From a virus (lineage: Duplodnaviria; Caudoviricetes): a stretch of 26,445 nucleotides of DNA. The stretch lies in the IMG/VR virus record IMGVR_UViG_3300005077_000093, positions 1 to 26,445 of that record; one strand, 5' to 3'. Shown piece after piece: positions 15,345-24,346 of the stretch (position 1 is the stretch's first letter; the number at the start of each line of letters is the position of its first letter). Under the pieces are notes generated by a model. The model did no database searches and was not told the origin of the DNA. It worked only from the letters and a program-made list of their open reading frames with translations. The position numbers were made by a program, and so were the translations under genes.

Positions 15345-16036
15345 TGGCCACATCAGGAACGACCGCATTTAACCTCGACCTAGTCGAGCTAGTTGAAGAA
15401 GCTTTCGAGCGCACTGGTAACGAAATGCGCACGGGGTATGACCTCAGAACTGCGCGTCGTTCGCTGAACTTGCTGTTTGCCGACTGGGCAAACCGTGGCA
15501 TAAACATGTGGACGATAGATCAAGGTACCATTCCCCTCGTTGCGGGGACTGCCACGTACAACCTGCCCTCGGATACTGTCGATTTGCTCGAGCATGTTAT
15601 TCGCACTGGGGCGGGGAGTGCAGCTACCCAAGCAGATTTGACGATCACCCGTATCAGCGTATCGACATACGCCACGATCCCAAACAAGCTGCAACAAGCA
15701 CGGCCAATTCAGATCTACATCGACCGCAAGACAACGACACCGACAGTTACGGTGTGGCCCGTTCCAGATGATTCAACGACATACACATTGGTGTACTGGC
15801 GCTTGCGTCGCATTGAGGATGCTGGTGAGGGCGTTAACACGATGGACGTACCTTTCCGTTTCTTGCCCGCCATGGTGGCAGGGCTTGCTTACTACTTGGC
15901 GCTTAAAGTCCCCGGTGGGGATGTGCGTTTACCTGTGTTGAAGCAGCAGTACGACGAGGCGTGGGAGCTTGCCAGCAGTGAAGACCGTGAAAAGGCCGCT
16001 GTGCGTTTTGTTCCTCGTGAGATGTACATCAACTAA
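15344..16036 (+). CDS. Putative head-tail adaptor / neck protein 1
   Basis: MATSGTTAFNLD...ARRSLNLLFADWANRG...WPVPD...PFRFLPAMVAGLAYYLA; position in the tail module. Confidence 0.65.
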   Translation: MATSGTTAFNLDLVELVEEAFERTGNEMRTGYDLRTARRSLNLLFADWANRGINMWTIDQGTIPLVAGTATYNLPSDTVDLLEHVIRTGAGSAATQADLTITRISVSTYATIPNKLQQARPIQIYIDRKTTTPTVTVWPVPDDSTTYTLVYWRLRRIEDAGEGVNTMDVPFRFLPAMVAGLAYYLALKVPGGDVRLPVLKQQYDEAWELASSEDREKAAVRFVPREMYIN

Positions 16037-16038
16037 TC

Positions 16039-16428
16039 ATGGGAAATCGCTTCGCCTCCGGTAAAAACAGTATCGCCATGTGCGATCGCTGCGGGCAGCA
16101 GTACAAGCTTAAAGAGCTTAAGACTGAGGTTATCAAGACCAAGTTGTACAACTTGCTGGTTTGTCCCGAGTGTTGGGATCCTGATCAACCACAGCTGCAA
16201 CTGGGTATGTTCCCAGTTGATGACCCCCAAGCCGTGCGCAATCCGCGCAGGGATACAACATATTACGTATCGGGCGTGTTGCCTGATGGTAGCTTGGGTG
16301 GTGGTAGCCGCGACATACAGTGGGGCTGGAACCCTGTCGGAGGCTCACGGGCGTACGACGATGGATTGACACCAAATGACTTGGTGGCAGAGGGAAATGT
16401 TGGTACAGTAACGGTATCTACTACTTAA
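16039..16428 (+). CDS. Zn-binding (CDRC/CPEC) tail-module protein
   Basis: Two CxxC motifs; DQPQLQLG...DPQAVRNPR. Confidence 0.75.
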   Translation: MGNRFASGKNSIAMCDRCGQQYKLKELKTEVIKTKLYNLLVCPECWDPDQPQLQLGMFPVDDPQAVRNPRRDTTYYVSGVLPDGSLGGGSRDIQWGWNPVGGSRAYDDGLTPNDLVAEGNVGTVTVSTT

Positions 16429-16435
16429 GGAGCCA

Positions 16436-16624
16436 ATGATGGCAAAAATGAAACACGCAGACGTCAAAATGGACAAGTCCATGATGCAAAAGGCCGTGAA
16501 CAAACACGAAGCCCGACTGCATCCCGGTCAGCCTAAAACCAAGTTGGCTAAAGGCGGTGGCGTCAAGATCCGTGGCACAGGCGCAGCCACTAGAGGCACT
16601 AAAGCTTACGGCCCTATGGCTTGA
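16436..16624 (+). CDS. Small basic protein with a GG...RGxGxAxRG motif
   Basis: TAAGGAG RBS; ends LAKGGGVKIRGTGAATRGTKAYGPMA. Confidence 0.8.
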   Translation: MMAKMKHADVKMDKSMMQKAVNKHEARLHPGQPKTKLAKGGGVKIRGTGAATRGTKAYGPMA

Positions 16625-16632
16625 GGTAAAGC

Positions 16633-17289
16633 ATGAACTACACCGAGCTGAGTAACGCCATTCAGGCGTACACAGAAAACTACGAAACTGACTTCGTAGC
16701 GAATATCCCTGTCTTCGTACAACAAACGGAGCAGCGTGTCTATAACTCGGTGCAGTTTGCGGCGTTGCGCAAGAACGTGACTGGAACAACAACCAGCAGC
16801 GTTAAATACCTCGCCTGCCCTACTGACTTTCTCTCGCCCTACTCGTTGGCGGTGGTTGATGGTACGGGGGCGTACACCTTCTTGCTTAACAAAGACGTTA
16901 ACTTCATTCGTCAAGCGTATCCAACCCCAACATCCACGGGGCTGCCTAAGTACTACGCGCTGTTTGGCCCTCAGTCAGGTGATCCAGACGAACTGACATT
17001 CATGTTAGGCCCAACCCCGGACGATGATTACGAGGTTGAGCTGCACTACTATTTCTACCCACAATCTATTGTGGATGCAGGAACTTCGTGGCTCGGTGAT
17101 AATTTTGACACCGTGCTACTTTACGGATCGCTGGTTGAAGCTTATACTTTCATGAAAGGTGAGCAAGACCTAATCCAGTTGTACGATACCAAGTACAAAG
17201 AGGCTCTGAGTCTGGCTAAACGTCTGGGCGATGGGCTTGAACGACAGGATGCGTACCGCTCTGGCCAGACGCGGATCGCGGTACCTTAA
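16633..17289 (+). CDS. Putative head-tail adaptor / neck protein 2
   Basis: GAGG RBS; MNYTEL..AIQAY.E, GLPKYYA, GPTPD..Y.VELHY, LLYGSLVEAY.FMK. Confidence 0.7.
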   Translation: MNYTELSNAIQAYTENYETDFVANIPVFVQQTEQRVYNSVQFAALRKNVTGTTTSSVKYLACPTDFLSPYSLAVVDGTGAYTFLLNKDVNFIRQAYPTPTSTGLPKYYALFGPQSGDPDELTFMLGPTPDDDYEVELHYYFYPQSIVDAGTSWLGDNFDTVLLYGSLVEAYTFMKGEQDLIQLYDTKYKEALSLAKRLGDGLERQDAYRSGQTRIAVP

Positions 17290-17310
17290 ACTTTTTCTCA
17301 GGAGTCTCAA

Positions 17311-17745
17311 ATGGCTATTACTCAAGCAATGTGCACCAGCTTCAAAGTTGGCATCCTCGGTGGGGATTTCGATTTTAGTTCTGGCACTTCGCAAACTTTC
17401 AAGATCGCTTTGTTCACTTCGTCGGCTACGTTGGACGCTTCTACCACTGCATACTCGTCATCAAACGAAGCTTCTGGTACTGGCTACACTGCTGGCGGCG
17501 AAACACTGACAATCAGCACCAACCCCACATCTAGCGGAACAACTGCCTACTTGAGCTTCTCTAACGTGACTTGGAGCACTGCTACCATCACAGCTCGTGG
17601 CGCGTTGATCTACTTGGCAAACGGTTCGACTAACCCGTCCGTTGCTGTGTTGGACTTTGGTGGTGACAAGACGTCTACTGCAGGCGATTTCACTATCAAC
17701 TTCCCGACCGCTGATTCCACCAGCGCCATCATCCGTATCGCTTAA
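17311..17745 (+). CDS. Putative tail structural protein (144 aa)
   Basis: AGGAG RBS; MCTSFK, GYTAGG, TARGALIY, VLDFGGDK, AIIRIA; biased codons. Confidence 0.75.
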   Translation: MAITQAMCTSFKVGILGGDFDFSSGTSQTFKIALFTSSATLDASTTAYSSSNEASGTGYTAGGETLTISTNPTSSGTTAYLSFSNVTWSTATITARGALIYLANGSTNPSVAVLDFGGDKTSTAGDFTINFPTADSTSAIIRIA

Positions 17746-17757
17746 TAGGGGGTCGCC

Positions 17758-20700
17758 ATGGCCCTCGTACTGAAGGACCGGGTGCGTGAATCCAGTACCA
17801 CAACAGGTACTGGAACGGTTACGCTTGGAGGAGCTTATGATGGGTACCGCACGTTCGCGTCGTGTATCCCTGACGGCTCCGTTGTCTATTACTGTATCCA
17901 CAACACCGCCACCGGTTTTGAAGGTGAGTGGGAAGTGGGCTATGGCACCTTTACGCTTTCCGGCACGACGCTGAGTCGTACGAGTATTTACTCGTCTTCA
18001 AACGCTGGGTCGGCAGTTGATTTCTCCGCAGGCACCAAAGAAGTTTTCATCACTTACCCTGCTGAGAAGGCCGTGTATGAGGGCATTACAGGTCAAACTA
18101 TTCTGCAAGACGGTCCTTTGGTTGTGGTTGGTAACGGTGTTACCGGCTATACAAGCTTTACCGCAGCTCTTGGTGAATACTACGCTGATGTCGATAACTA
18201 TGCCCAGCTATACGTTCAGAACTTGAACGATGGCTCAGAAGCCTCGGCTGACTTTGCTGCCTATAATGACTTAAGCGATGGAGAGACTTTCTTCGTCGAC
18301 ATGGGTATCAGCAGCTCAAACCTTGCATCTATAGGGTATCCGATCCTCACACCCAACTCAGGATACGTCATTTCTTATGGTGACGGCGGCGCTAACAAGT
18401 CTGACCTGTATTTGGGCTCTGGCGACGGTGACACTAAGATTTTTGCCGGTAGTTTTGAGAGTACAGAGCTTGTAGCTACCGCGTCTGGTACAGACCAGAG
18501 CATGTCTTTTGAGGCTGATGTTAATGTCGGCGGTGCTCTTGATGTGACTGGCGCGGCTACTTTCGGTAGCACAGTTACTTTGGATGCTGACCCCACGCTA
18601 GATTTGCAAGCGGCTACCAAGCAATATGTCGACGCGCAAGCATCCACGGCGTTTGTGGTTCACGCTGCAGTTAGGGCGGCAACAACGTCTAACCTCGCTA
18701 CTATTTATAACAATGGTACCGCCGGGGTTGGCGCCACACTTACAGCTGATACCAACCGGGCATTTACTACACTTGACGGGGTTACCGGCTGGTCTTTAGG
18801 GCAGCGGATATTAATTAAAAACCAAACCAATGCGTTTGAAAACGGTATTTACACGTTAACGTCTTTGGGCGAGACTGATGTGTCTCCTTGGGTCTTGACC
18901 CGCGCAACGGACATGGATGAGGCTGAGGCCGGAGAGATCGCCAACAACGCCTACGTATATGTGACTGCTGGGTCAACTCAGATTGGCACTTCGTGGGTGC
19001 TTTCTCAGCTAGCTGATATTACTGTTGGTACTACTGCGCTTCCGTTTGACTTGTTCGCCCAGCCTGTTGCCTATACGGTCGAAGCCCCGCTTACGCTTGA
19101 CGGAACTACCCTGTCTTTGACTGGTACGGTGGCTGCTACTAACGGCGGCACTGGCACGGCTACGGTAACGACTGGCGATCTGCTGTACGGGTCTGCTACG
19201 AACACTTGGTCTAAGCTGGCAAAGGGCTCCGCGTATAAGTCCTTGGTGATGAACGGCTCCGGCACAAACGTCGAGTGGAATGCTGTTGCTCTGAACCAGT
19301 CTGGTGCTGTTTCGGGTGCTTTGCCTGCTACCAATGGCGGTACTGGTCAGTCTAGCTATACGCTTGGAGATGTTCTCTACTCGTCAGCCACAAACACACT
19401 GAGCAAACTGGCCGGTAACACGACGACCACTAAGAAGTACCTGCAGCAACAGGGTAACGGTTCAGCGTCTGCCGCACCTTCATGGCAACAAGTTGCCGCT
19501 GCGGATATCTCTGGTCTGGCTGCTTCGGCTACAACTGACACTACAAACGCTAGCAATATTAGCTCGGGAACACTGCCTTCTGGACGCATCTCCGGGGCTT
19601 ACACAGGTATCACTCAGGTTGGCACGCTGACTGCAGGTACTTGGAACGCTACGACTATCGCCGTAAACAAAGGCGGTACTGGATTGACTAGCTACACGAC
19701 TGGCGACATCGTCTACGCTTCTGGTTCGGGCACACTGGCTAGCTTGGCTGACGTGGCTACCGGCAATGCGTTGATCTCCGGTGGTGTGGGTGTGGCTCCT
19801 AGCTACGGCAAGATTGGCCTGACTACCCATATTACTGGCACGCTTGGCGTATCTAACGGCGGCACGGGTGCGACATCTCTGACTGGCTATGTGTACGGCA
19901 ACGGCACGGGAGCGTTCACAGCTTCGACTAGCATCCCCAACGCTGCGACTACGGCTACCAGCGCTAACACAGCTTCGGCCATTGTGGCTCGTGATGCCTC
20001 CGGCAACTTCTCTGCTGGAACGATCACTGCTGCACTGTCTGGTAATGCGTCGACAGCTACAACGGCCACAAATGCCACAAATGTAACGCTGACAACATCG
20101 TCTACGTCCAGTGCATTTAAGGTTCCGTTTGCCAATACCACCGCTAGCACAACGGGTAACTATGGGTTGCTGCAGGACTCCGCCGCCGAGTTTACATACA
20201 ACCCAAGTACAAATACGTTGACGGTTGGGACTGTATCCGGCGCTTTGTCTGGTAATGCAACAACTGCAACCACTGCATCTTCTTGCTCTGGTAATGCGGC
20301 AACCGCCACCACATTGCAAACCGCTCGCACGATCAACGGCACGAGTTTCAACGGCTCCGCCAATATTACGATCACAGCCAACACAACAAACACCCTGACT
20401 CGTGGCTCGTATCTGACTGGTAGTAACTTTAATGGTTCGGCGGCCACTACGTGGGCTGTTGATGCTACGTCTGCTAATACGGCTTCTAAGGTTGTTGCTC
20501 GTGATGCCTCTGGCAACTTCAGCGCAGGCACGATTACTGCTTCGTTAAGTGGGAATGCTACAAGTGCAACAACCGCAACGTCTGCCAGTCAAATTGATGG
20601 AATAGAATTTAGAAACGGTAATAGTACAAACGGCGTAAACCCAGACACTATCTCAGATAATGGAACTGGGTACATTACTTCTGTCAGCTTATTTGGGCAG

Positions 20701-21780
20701 ACTGATGGAGCGTTGTATTCACAAGCGTACAGTTCTTCTTGGGTCCATCAAATTTACGGCGACTATCGCACTGGTCAACTGGCTGTCAGGGGTAAAAATA
20801 ACGGAACATTAACGGCATGGCGGTCCGTTCTTGACTCAAGCAACTACAACTCCTACGCCCCCACCCTTACCGGCACCGGAGCATCTGGTACTTGGGGTAT
20901 TAACGTCACAGGTAATGCTGGCACAGCCACTACCCTTCAGACGGCGCGCACCATCAACGGTACGAGTTTCAACGGCTCTGCCAACATCACGGTTACTGCC
21001 AACACGACGAACACTTTGACGCGTGGTTCGTATCTGACAGGGTCGAACTTTAATGGTTCTGCGGCCACTACGTGGGCAGTTGATGCGACAACGACTGCTA
21101 CGGCATCCAAGGTTGTTGCACGTGATGGCAACGGGTATATTTTTGGGGTGTACTTCAACGGTACAGGTACCTTCTCCACATCAGGCGCTACGTCTGGAAT
21201 GGGGTTGTTCACCGGAACTAACGGGTCCGATACCTACGGTCGTTCTTATACCGCCGCGGCCGCCGCCGCGCTGTTGTCCGGCCAGACGATGAACATCAAC
21301 GGTTCGTCTACCTCTTGCTCTGGTAACGCGGCAACAGCAACTTCTGCTACCACGGCTACTACGGCCACCACTGCAAACGCCCTTAACACTTCTAACAACT
21401 ACCAAGTTAAATCTCTGGGCGTTGGTACAGCAGGCTCTGGCACAACGGGTGAAATCAGGGCGACCAACAACATCACGGCTTACTACTCGGACGATCGCCT
21501 GAAGACTAAACTGGGTAACATCGAAAATGCCCTTGACAAAGTCGACAGTCTTGCTGGTTTTTACTACGAAGCTAACGAAGTTGCTCAAGCCCTCGGTTAC
21601 GAGGTCAAGAAAGAAGTCGGTGTGTCAGCGCAGTCAGTGCAAGCGGTAATGCCTGAAGTAGTTGCTCCCGCGCCTATTGACGAGAAATACTTGACTGTGA
21701 GGTACGAACGATTAGTCCCGCTCTTGATCGAAGCCATCAAGGAGCTCCGCGCTGAAGTCAAAGCTCTGAAAGGCGAATAA
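17758..21780 (+). CDS. Long tail fibre with a C-terminal peptidase S74 intramolecular chaperone
   Basis: N-terminal LKDRVRE...WEVG.G...LSR anchor; Thr/Gly/Ser/Ala repeats; YSDDRLK cleavage motif, VGVSAQ.V..V.PE.V, YERLVPLLIEAIKEL coiled coil. Confidence 0.92.
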   Translation: MALVLKDRVRESSTTTGTGTVTLGGAYDGYRTFASCIPDGSVVYYCIHNTATGFEGEWEVGYGTFTLSGTTLSRTSIYSSSNAGSAVDFSAGTKEVFITYPAEKAVYEGITGQTILQDGPLVVVGNGVTGYTSFTAALGEYYADVDNYAQLYVQNLNDGSEASADFAAYNDLSDGETFFVDMGISSSNLASIGYPILTPNSGYVISYGDGGANKSDLYLGSGDGDTKIFAGSFESTELVATASGTDQSMSFEADVNVGGALDVTGAATFGSTVTLDADPTLDLQAATKQYVDAQASTAFVVHAAVRAATTSNLATIYNNGTAGVGATLTADTNRAFTTLDGVTGWSLGQRILIKNQTNAFENGIYTLTSLGETDVSPWVLTRATDMDEAEAGEIANNAYVYVTAGSTQIGTSWVLSQLADITVGTTALPFDLFAQPVAYTVEAPLTLDGTTLSLTGTVAATNGGTGTATVTTGDLLYGSATNTWSKLAKGSAYKSLVMNGSGTNVEWNAVALNQSGAVSGALPATNGGTGQSSYTLGDVLYSSATNTLSKLAGNTTTTKKYLQQQGNGSASAAPSWQQVAAADISGLAASATTDTTNASNISSGTLPSGRISGAYTGITQVGTLTAGTWNATTIAVNKGGTGLTSYTTGDIVYASGSGTLASLADVATGNALISGGVGVAPSYGKIGLTTHITGTLGVSNGGTGATSLTGYVYGNGTGAFTASTSIPNAATTATSANTASAIVARDASGNFSAGTITAALSGNASTATTATNATNVTLTTSSTSSAFKVPFANTTASTTGNYGLLQDSAAEFTYNPSTNTLTVGTVSGALSGNATTATTASSCSGNAATATTLQTARTINGTSFNGSANITITANTTNTLTRGSYLTGSNFNGSAATTWAVDATSANTASKVVARDASGNFSAGTITASLSGNATSATTATSASQIDGIEFRNGNSTNGVNPDTISDNGTGYITSVSLFGQTDGALYSQAYSSSWVHQIYGDYRTGQLAVRGKNNGTLTAWRSVLDSSNYNSYAPTLTGTGASGTWGINVTGNAGTATTLQTARTINGTSFNGSANITVTANTTNTLTRGSYLTGSNFNGSAATTWAVDATTTATASKVVARDGNGYIFGVYFNGTGTFSTSGATSGMGLFTGTNGSDTYGRSYTAAAAAALLSGQTMNINGSSTSCSGNAATATSATTATTATTANALNTSNNYQVKSLGVGTAGSGTTGEIRATNNITAYYSDDRLKTKLGNIENALDKVDSLAGFYYEANEVAQALGYEVKKEVGVSAQSVQAVMPEVVAPAPIDEKYLTVRYERLVPLLIEAIKELRAEVKALKGE
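20290..21126 (+). repeat. Two ~72-codon direct repeats in the tail fibre (20290-20505, 20911-21126)
   Basis: GNA.TATTLQTARTINGTSFNGSANIT.TANTTNTLTRGSYLTGSNFNGSAATTWAVDAT...TASKVVARD occurs twice, offset 621 nt. Confidence 0.9.
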
Positions 21781-22745
21781 TGTTCGCAGCAAGCCCGTTC
21801 AGTGGAGCCCCGTTCGCCGCTGTCGGGCAGGAGGCCGTTAATGCTACGGTAGCCCTTGATGGGGTCAGTGCGACTGGGTATGTTGGTACCGTTTCGACTA
21901 CGGCCAAGGCTAATGTCTACCCTACGGGTGTTTCTGGCACGGTTTCAGTCGGCACGGTGGTTGTTGCTGCTTCTGCTGAGTCCGATATTACAGGGCTTGA
22001 AGCCGCTTCTGCGCTTGGTACGGTTACCCTTAACACCAACAACAATATCTCTGTTACGGGTATAGAAGGAACAACGGCGCTTGGCACGGTCGTAGCCACG
22101 GGTATTGCGCAGGTTTACCCAAGCGGAGTACAAGCCGACACTGCGTTAGGTACCGTTACTCTCGTCACAAACAACAACATCTCCGTCACTGGGGTTGAAG
22201 CTACTGGCGAAGTCGGTACCGTAACCCTTAATACCAACAACTATATCGACGCTACAGGGCTTTCGGCTACAGGAGCAGTCGGTACGGTGTCGGTTACGGC
22301 GGATTCTCAGGTCTACCCAACAGGAGTTGTTGGTACTACCGCCGTAGGAACGGTTAATGTTGGCGCTAATGCAGATGTAAATGTCACTGGGCTTGTTGGT
22401 ACAACTGCTCTTGGCACAGCTACCGCATACGGAACGGCTAATGTCTACCCGACATCCGTCACAGGCACTGGGGCTGTCGGCACCGTCTCTCTTGTCACCA
22501 ACAACTACATTGACGTTACTGGGCTGTCTGCCACCACGTATCTCGGCACGGCAGTGGCGCGGGCCTCTGCTAACGCTTACCCATCTGGGGTTTCTGCCAC
22601 ATCGTATCTTGGCACCGTAACCGTAACTGCCGAAGGTAACGTGTATGTGACAGGCGTGCGTGGTGTAACATATTTGAATCGTGTAAACGTCTGGGGTCTT
22701 GTCAGTACAGCGCAGTCTCCATCTTGGGCAACGGTCCCGACCTAA
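21780..22745 (+). CDS. Repetitive beta-strand tail/fibre-associated protein
   Basis: Coupled to the fibre stop (TAATG); ~19-aa period V.G..AT..VGTV repeats; MFAASPFSGAPFA N-terminus. Confidence 0.8.
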   Translation: MFAASPFSGAPFAAVGQEAVNATVALDGVSATGYVGTVSTTAKANVYPTGVSGTVSVGTVVVAASAESDITGLEAASALGTVTLNTNNNISVTGIEGTTALGTVVATGIAQVYPSGVQADTALGTVTLVTNNNISVTGVEATGEVGTVTLNTNNYIDATGLSATGAVGTVSVTADSQVYPTGVVGTTAVGTVNVGANADVNVTGLVGTTALGTATAYGTANVYPTSVTGTGAVGTVSLVTNNYIDVTGLSATTYLGTAVARASANAYPSGVSATSYLGTVTVTAEGNVYVTGVRGVTYLNRVNVWGLVSTAQSPSWATVPT

Positions 22746-22755
22746 AGGAAAAATC

Positions 22756-22965
22756 ATGCAAAAAGTCATCGAAGCAAAAGAAATCGTACCCGGTGTGGTT
22801 GAGTGCACCCACAAAGTTGAAGTTGTGTGCGCAAATTGTGGTTACGATCTTGACGAAAACGAGTTGAAAGCAGATACTTGCAGCGATTGCGGAACTCCTC
22901 TGCGCTTGAAGCAGAGTGTAACCATTGAGGCGACTTCGATCCCTCTGTTTTCCTTTACTGCTTAA
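22756..22965 (+). CDS. Small zinc-ribbon protein
   Basis: AAAGGA RBS before ATG 22756; CANC...CSDC. Confidence 0.75.
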   Translation: MQKVIEAKEIVPGVVECTHKVEVVCANCGYDLDENELKADTCSDCGTPLRLKQSVTIEATSIPLFSFTA

Positions 22966-22974
22966 AGGCGCGAC

Positions 22975-24336
22975 ATGTCCAGCACGTATTCATCTAGCCT
23001 GCGTATTGAGCTGATCGGCACCGGCGATCAAGCGGGTACTTGGGGCAACACAACCAACACCAACCTCGGCACGTTGATGGAAGCCGGGATTTGTGGGTAC
23101 ACATCTGTCTCTGTAGCCTCAGCTAACCAAGCACTAACGGCTTTAAACGGTGCGGAGGACCAATCACGCAATGCCGTGCTGGCCTTGACCACTTCTACTG
23201 GGGCAAACTTCGCTGTTTACGCACCTCCAGCTGAGAAAACATACGTCATTTATAACGCCAGCAGCTATACAGCCACTATTTACAACTCGACAGTTCTGGG
23301 TAACACCACAGCTGCGGGCACCGGTGTAGCTATCCCGGCTGGTAAGACGGTTGCAGTTTGGTCTGACGGCACTAATTTTGCGGTTCAGATTTCCCATCTA
23401 CCGTCGCTCACCCTTACCACAGACTTAGCCGTTGCTGATGGTGGTACAGGGGCTTCAACCGCAGCAAATGCACGCACTAATCTTGGGTTAGTTATTGGTA
23501 CCGATGTGCAAGCGTATAACGCCGGACTTGCAGACATTGCAGGGCTAGCTAAAACTGACGGTAACTTAATCGTCGGTAATGGTACAAATTGGGTCGCTGA
23601 GTCCGGCGCTACGGCACGAACATCTCTTGGTTTGGGGTCAATTGCTACTCAGAACTCAAACAGTGTAGCTATCACAGGCGGTTCAATAACAGGTATTACC
23701 GACTTAGCCGTTGCCGATGGCGGTACTGGGGCTTCTGACGCCGCAGGCGCTCGCACAAATCTAGGGTTGGTTATTGGCACAAACGTACAAGCGTATGACG
23801 CTGAGTTGACGGCTATTGCGGCGCTGGCTACTACTGATGGCAATATCATTGTTGGTAATGGTTCAACATGGGTCGCTGAATCTGGGGCCACTGCACGTAC
23901 ATCACTCGGTTTGGGCTCAATCGCTACTCAAAACTCAAACAGTGTAGCTATCACCGGCGGTTCAATTTCTGGTGCCAGCGTATCTACCAGCAGTGCAACT
24001 ATTACCGGCGGTTCAATAACCGGTATTACCGACTTAGCCGTCGCAGACGGTGGTACGGGTGCATCTTCATTCACGTCCGGGTCGCTCATTAAGGGTAATG
24101 GCACTTCCGCATTAAGCGTGGCTTCTGCAGCAGATATCGTCTCGGCTATTGGCAGTACAGCGGTTACAAACGCTACAAACGCTACGAACGCGGGCAATTT
24201 GGTGACTACAAACTTTAGTATTGTGGAGTCTGGGGGTAACTTACTTATTAAATATGGGTCTACGACACTAATTACCATTGATTCGTCAGGAAACTTTAGT
24301 ACTATTGCTGACGTAACCGCGTACTACGGGTCTTGA
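22975..24336 (+). CDS. Second tail fibre / tail-anchored protein
   Basis: STYSSSLRIELIGTGDQAGTWGNTTNTN N-terminus; LAVADGGTGAS..ARTNLGL fibre repeats. Confidence 0.8.
   Translation: MSSTYSSSLRIELIGTGDQAGTWGNTTNTNLGTLMEAGICGYTSVSVASANQALTALNGAEDQSRNAVLALTTSTGANFAVYAPPAEKTYVIYNASSYTATIYNSTVLGNTTAAGTGVAIPAGKTVAVWSDGTNFAVQISHLPSLTLTTDLAVADGGTGASTAANARTNLGLVIGTDVQAYNAGLADIAGLAKTDGNLIVGNGTNWVAESGATARTSLGLGSIATQNSNSVAITGGSITGITDLAVADGGTGASDAAGARTNLGLVIGTNVQAYDAELTAIAALATTDGNIIVGNGSTWVAESGATARTSLGLGSIATQNSNSVAITGGSISGASVSTSSATITGGSITGITDLAVADGGTGASSFTSGSLIKGNGTSALSVASAADIVSAIGSTAVTNATNATNAGNLVTTNFSIVESGGNLLIKYGSTTLITIDSSGNFSTIADVTAYYGS
23422..24066 (+). repeat. 93-aa tandem duplication plus a partial third copy
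   Basis: GACTTAGCCGT starts at 23422, 23701 and 24031; the first two units are 279 nt apart. Confidence 0.9.
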
Positions 24337-24346
24337 GGAGTATTAA

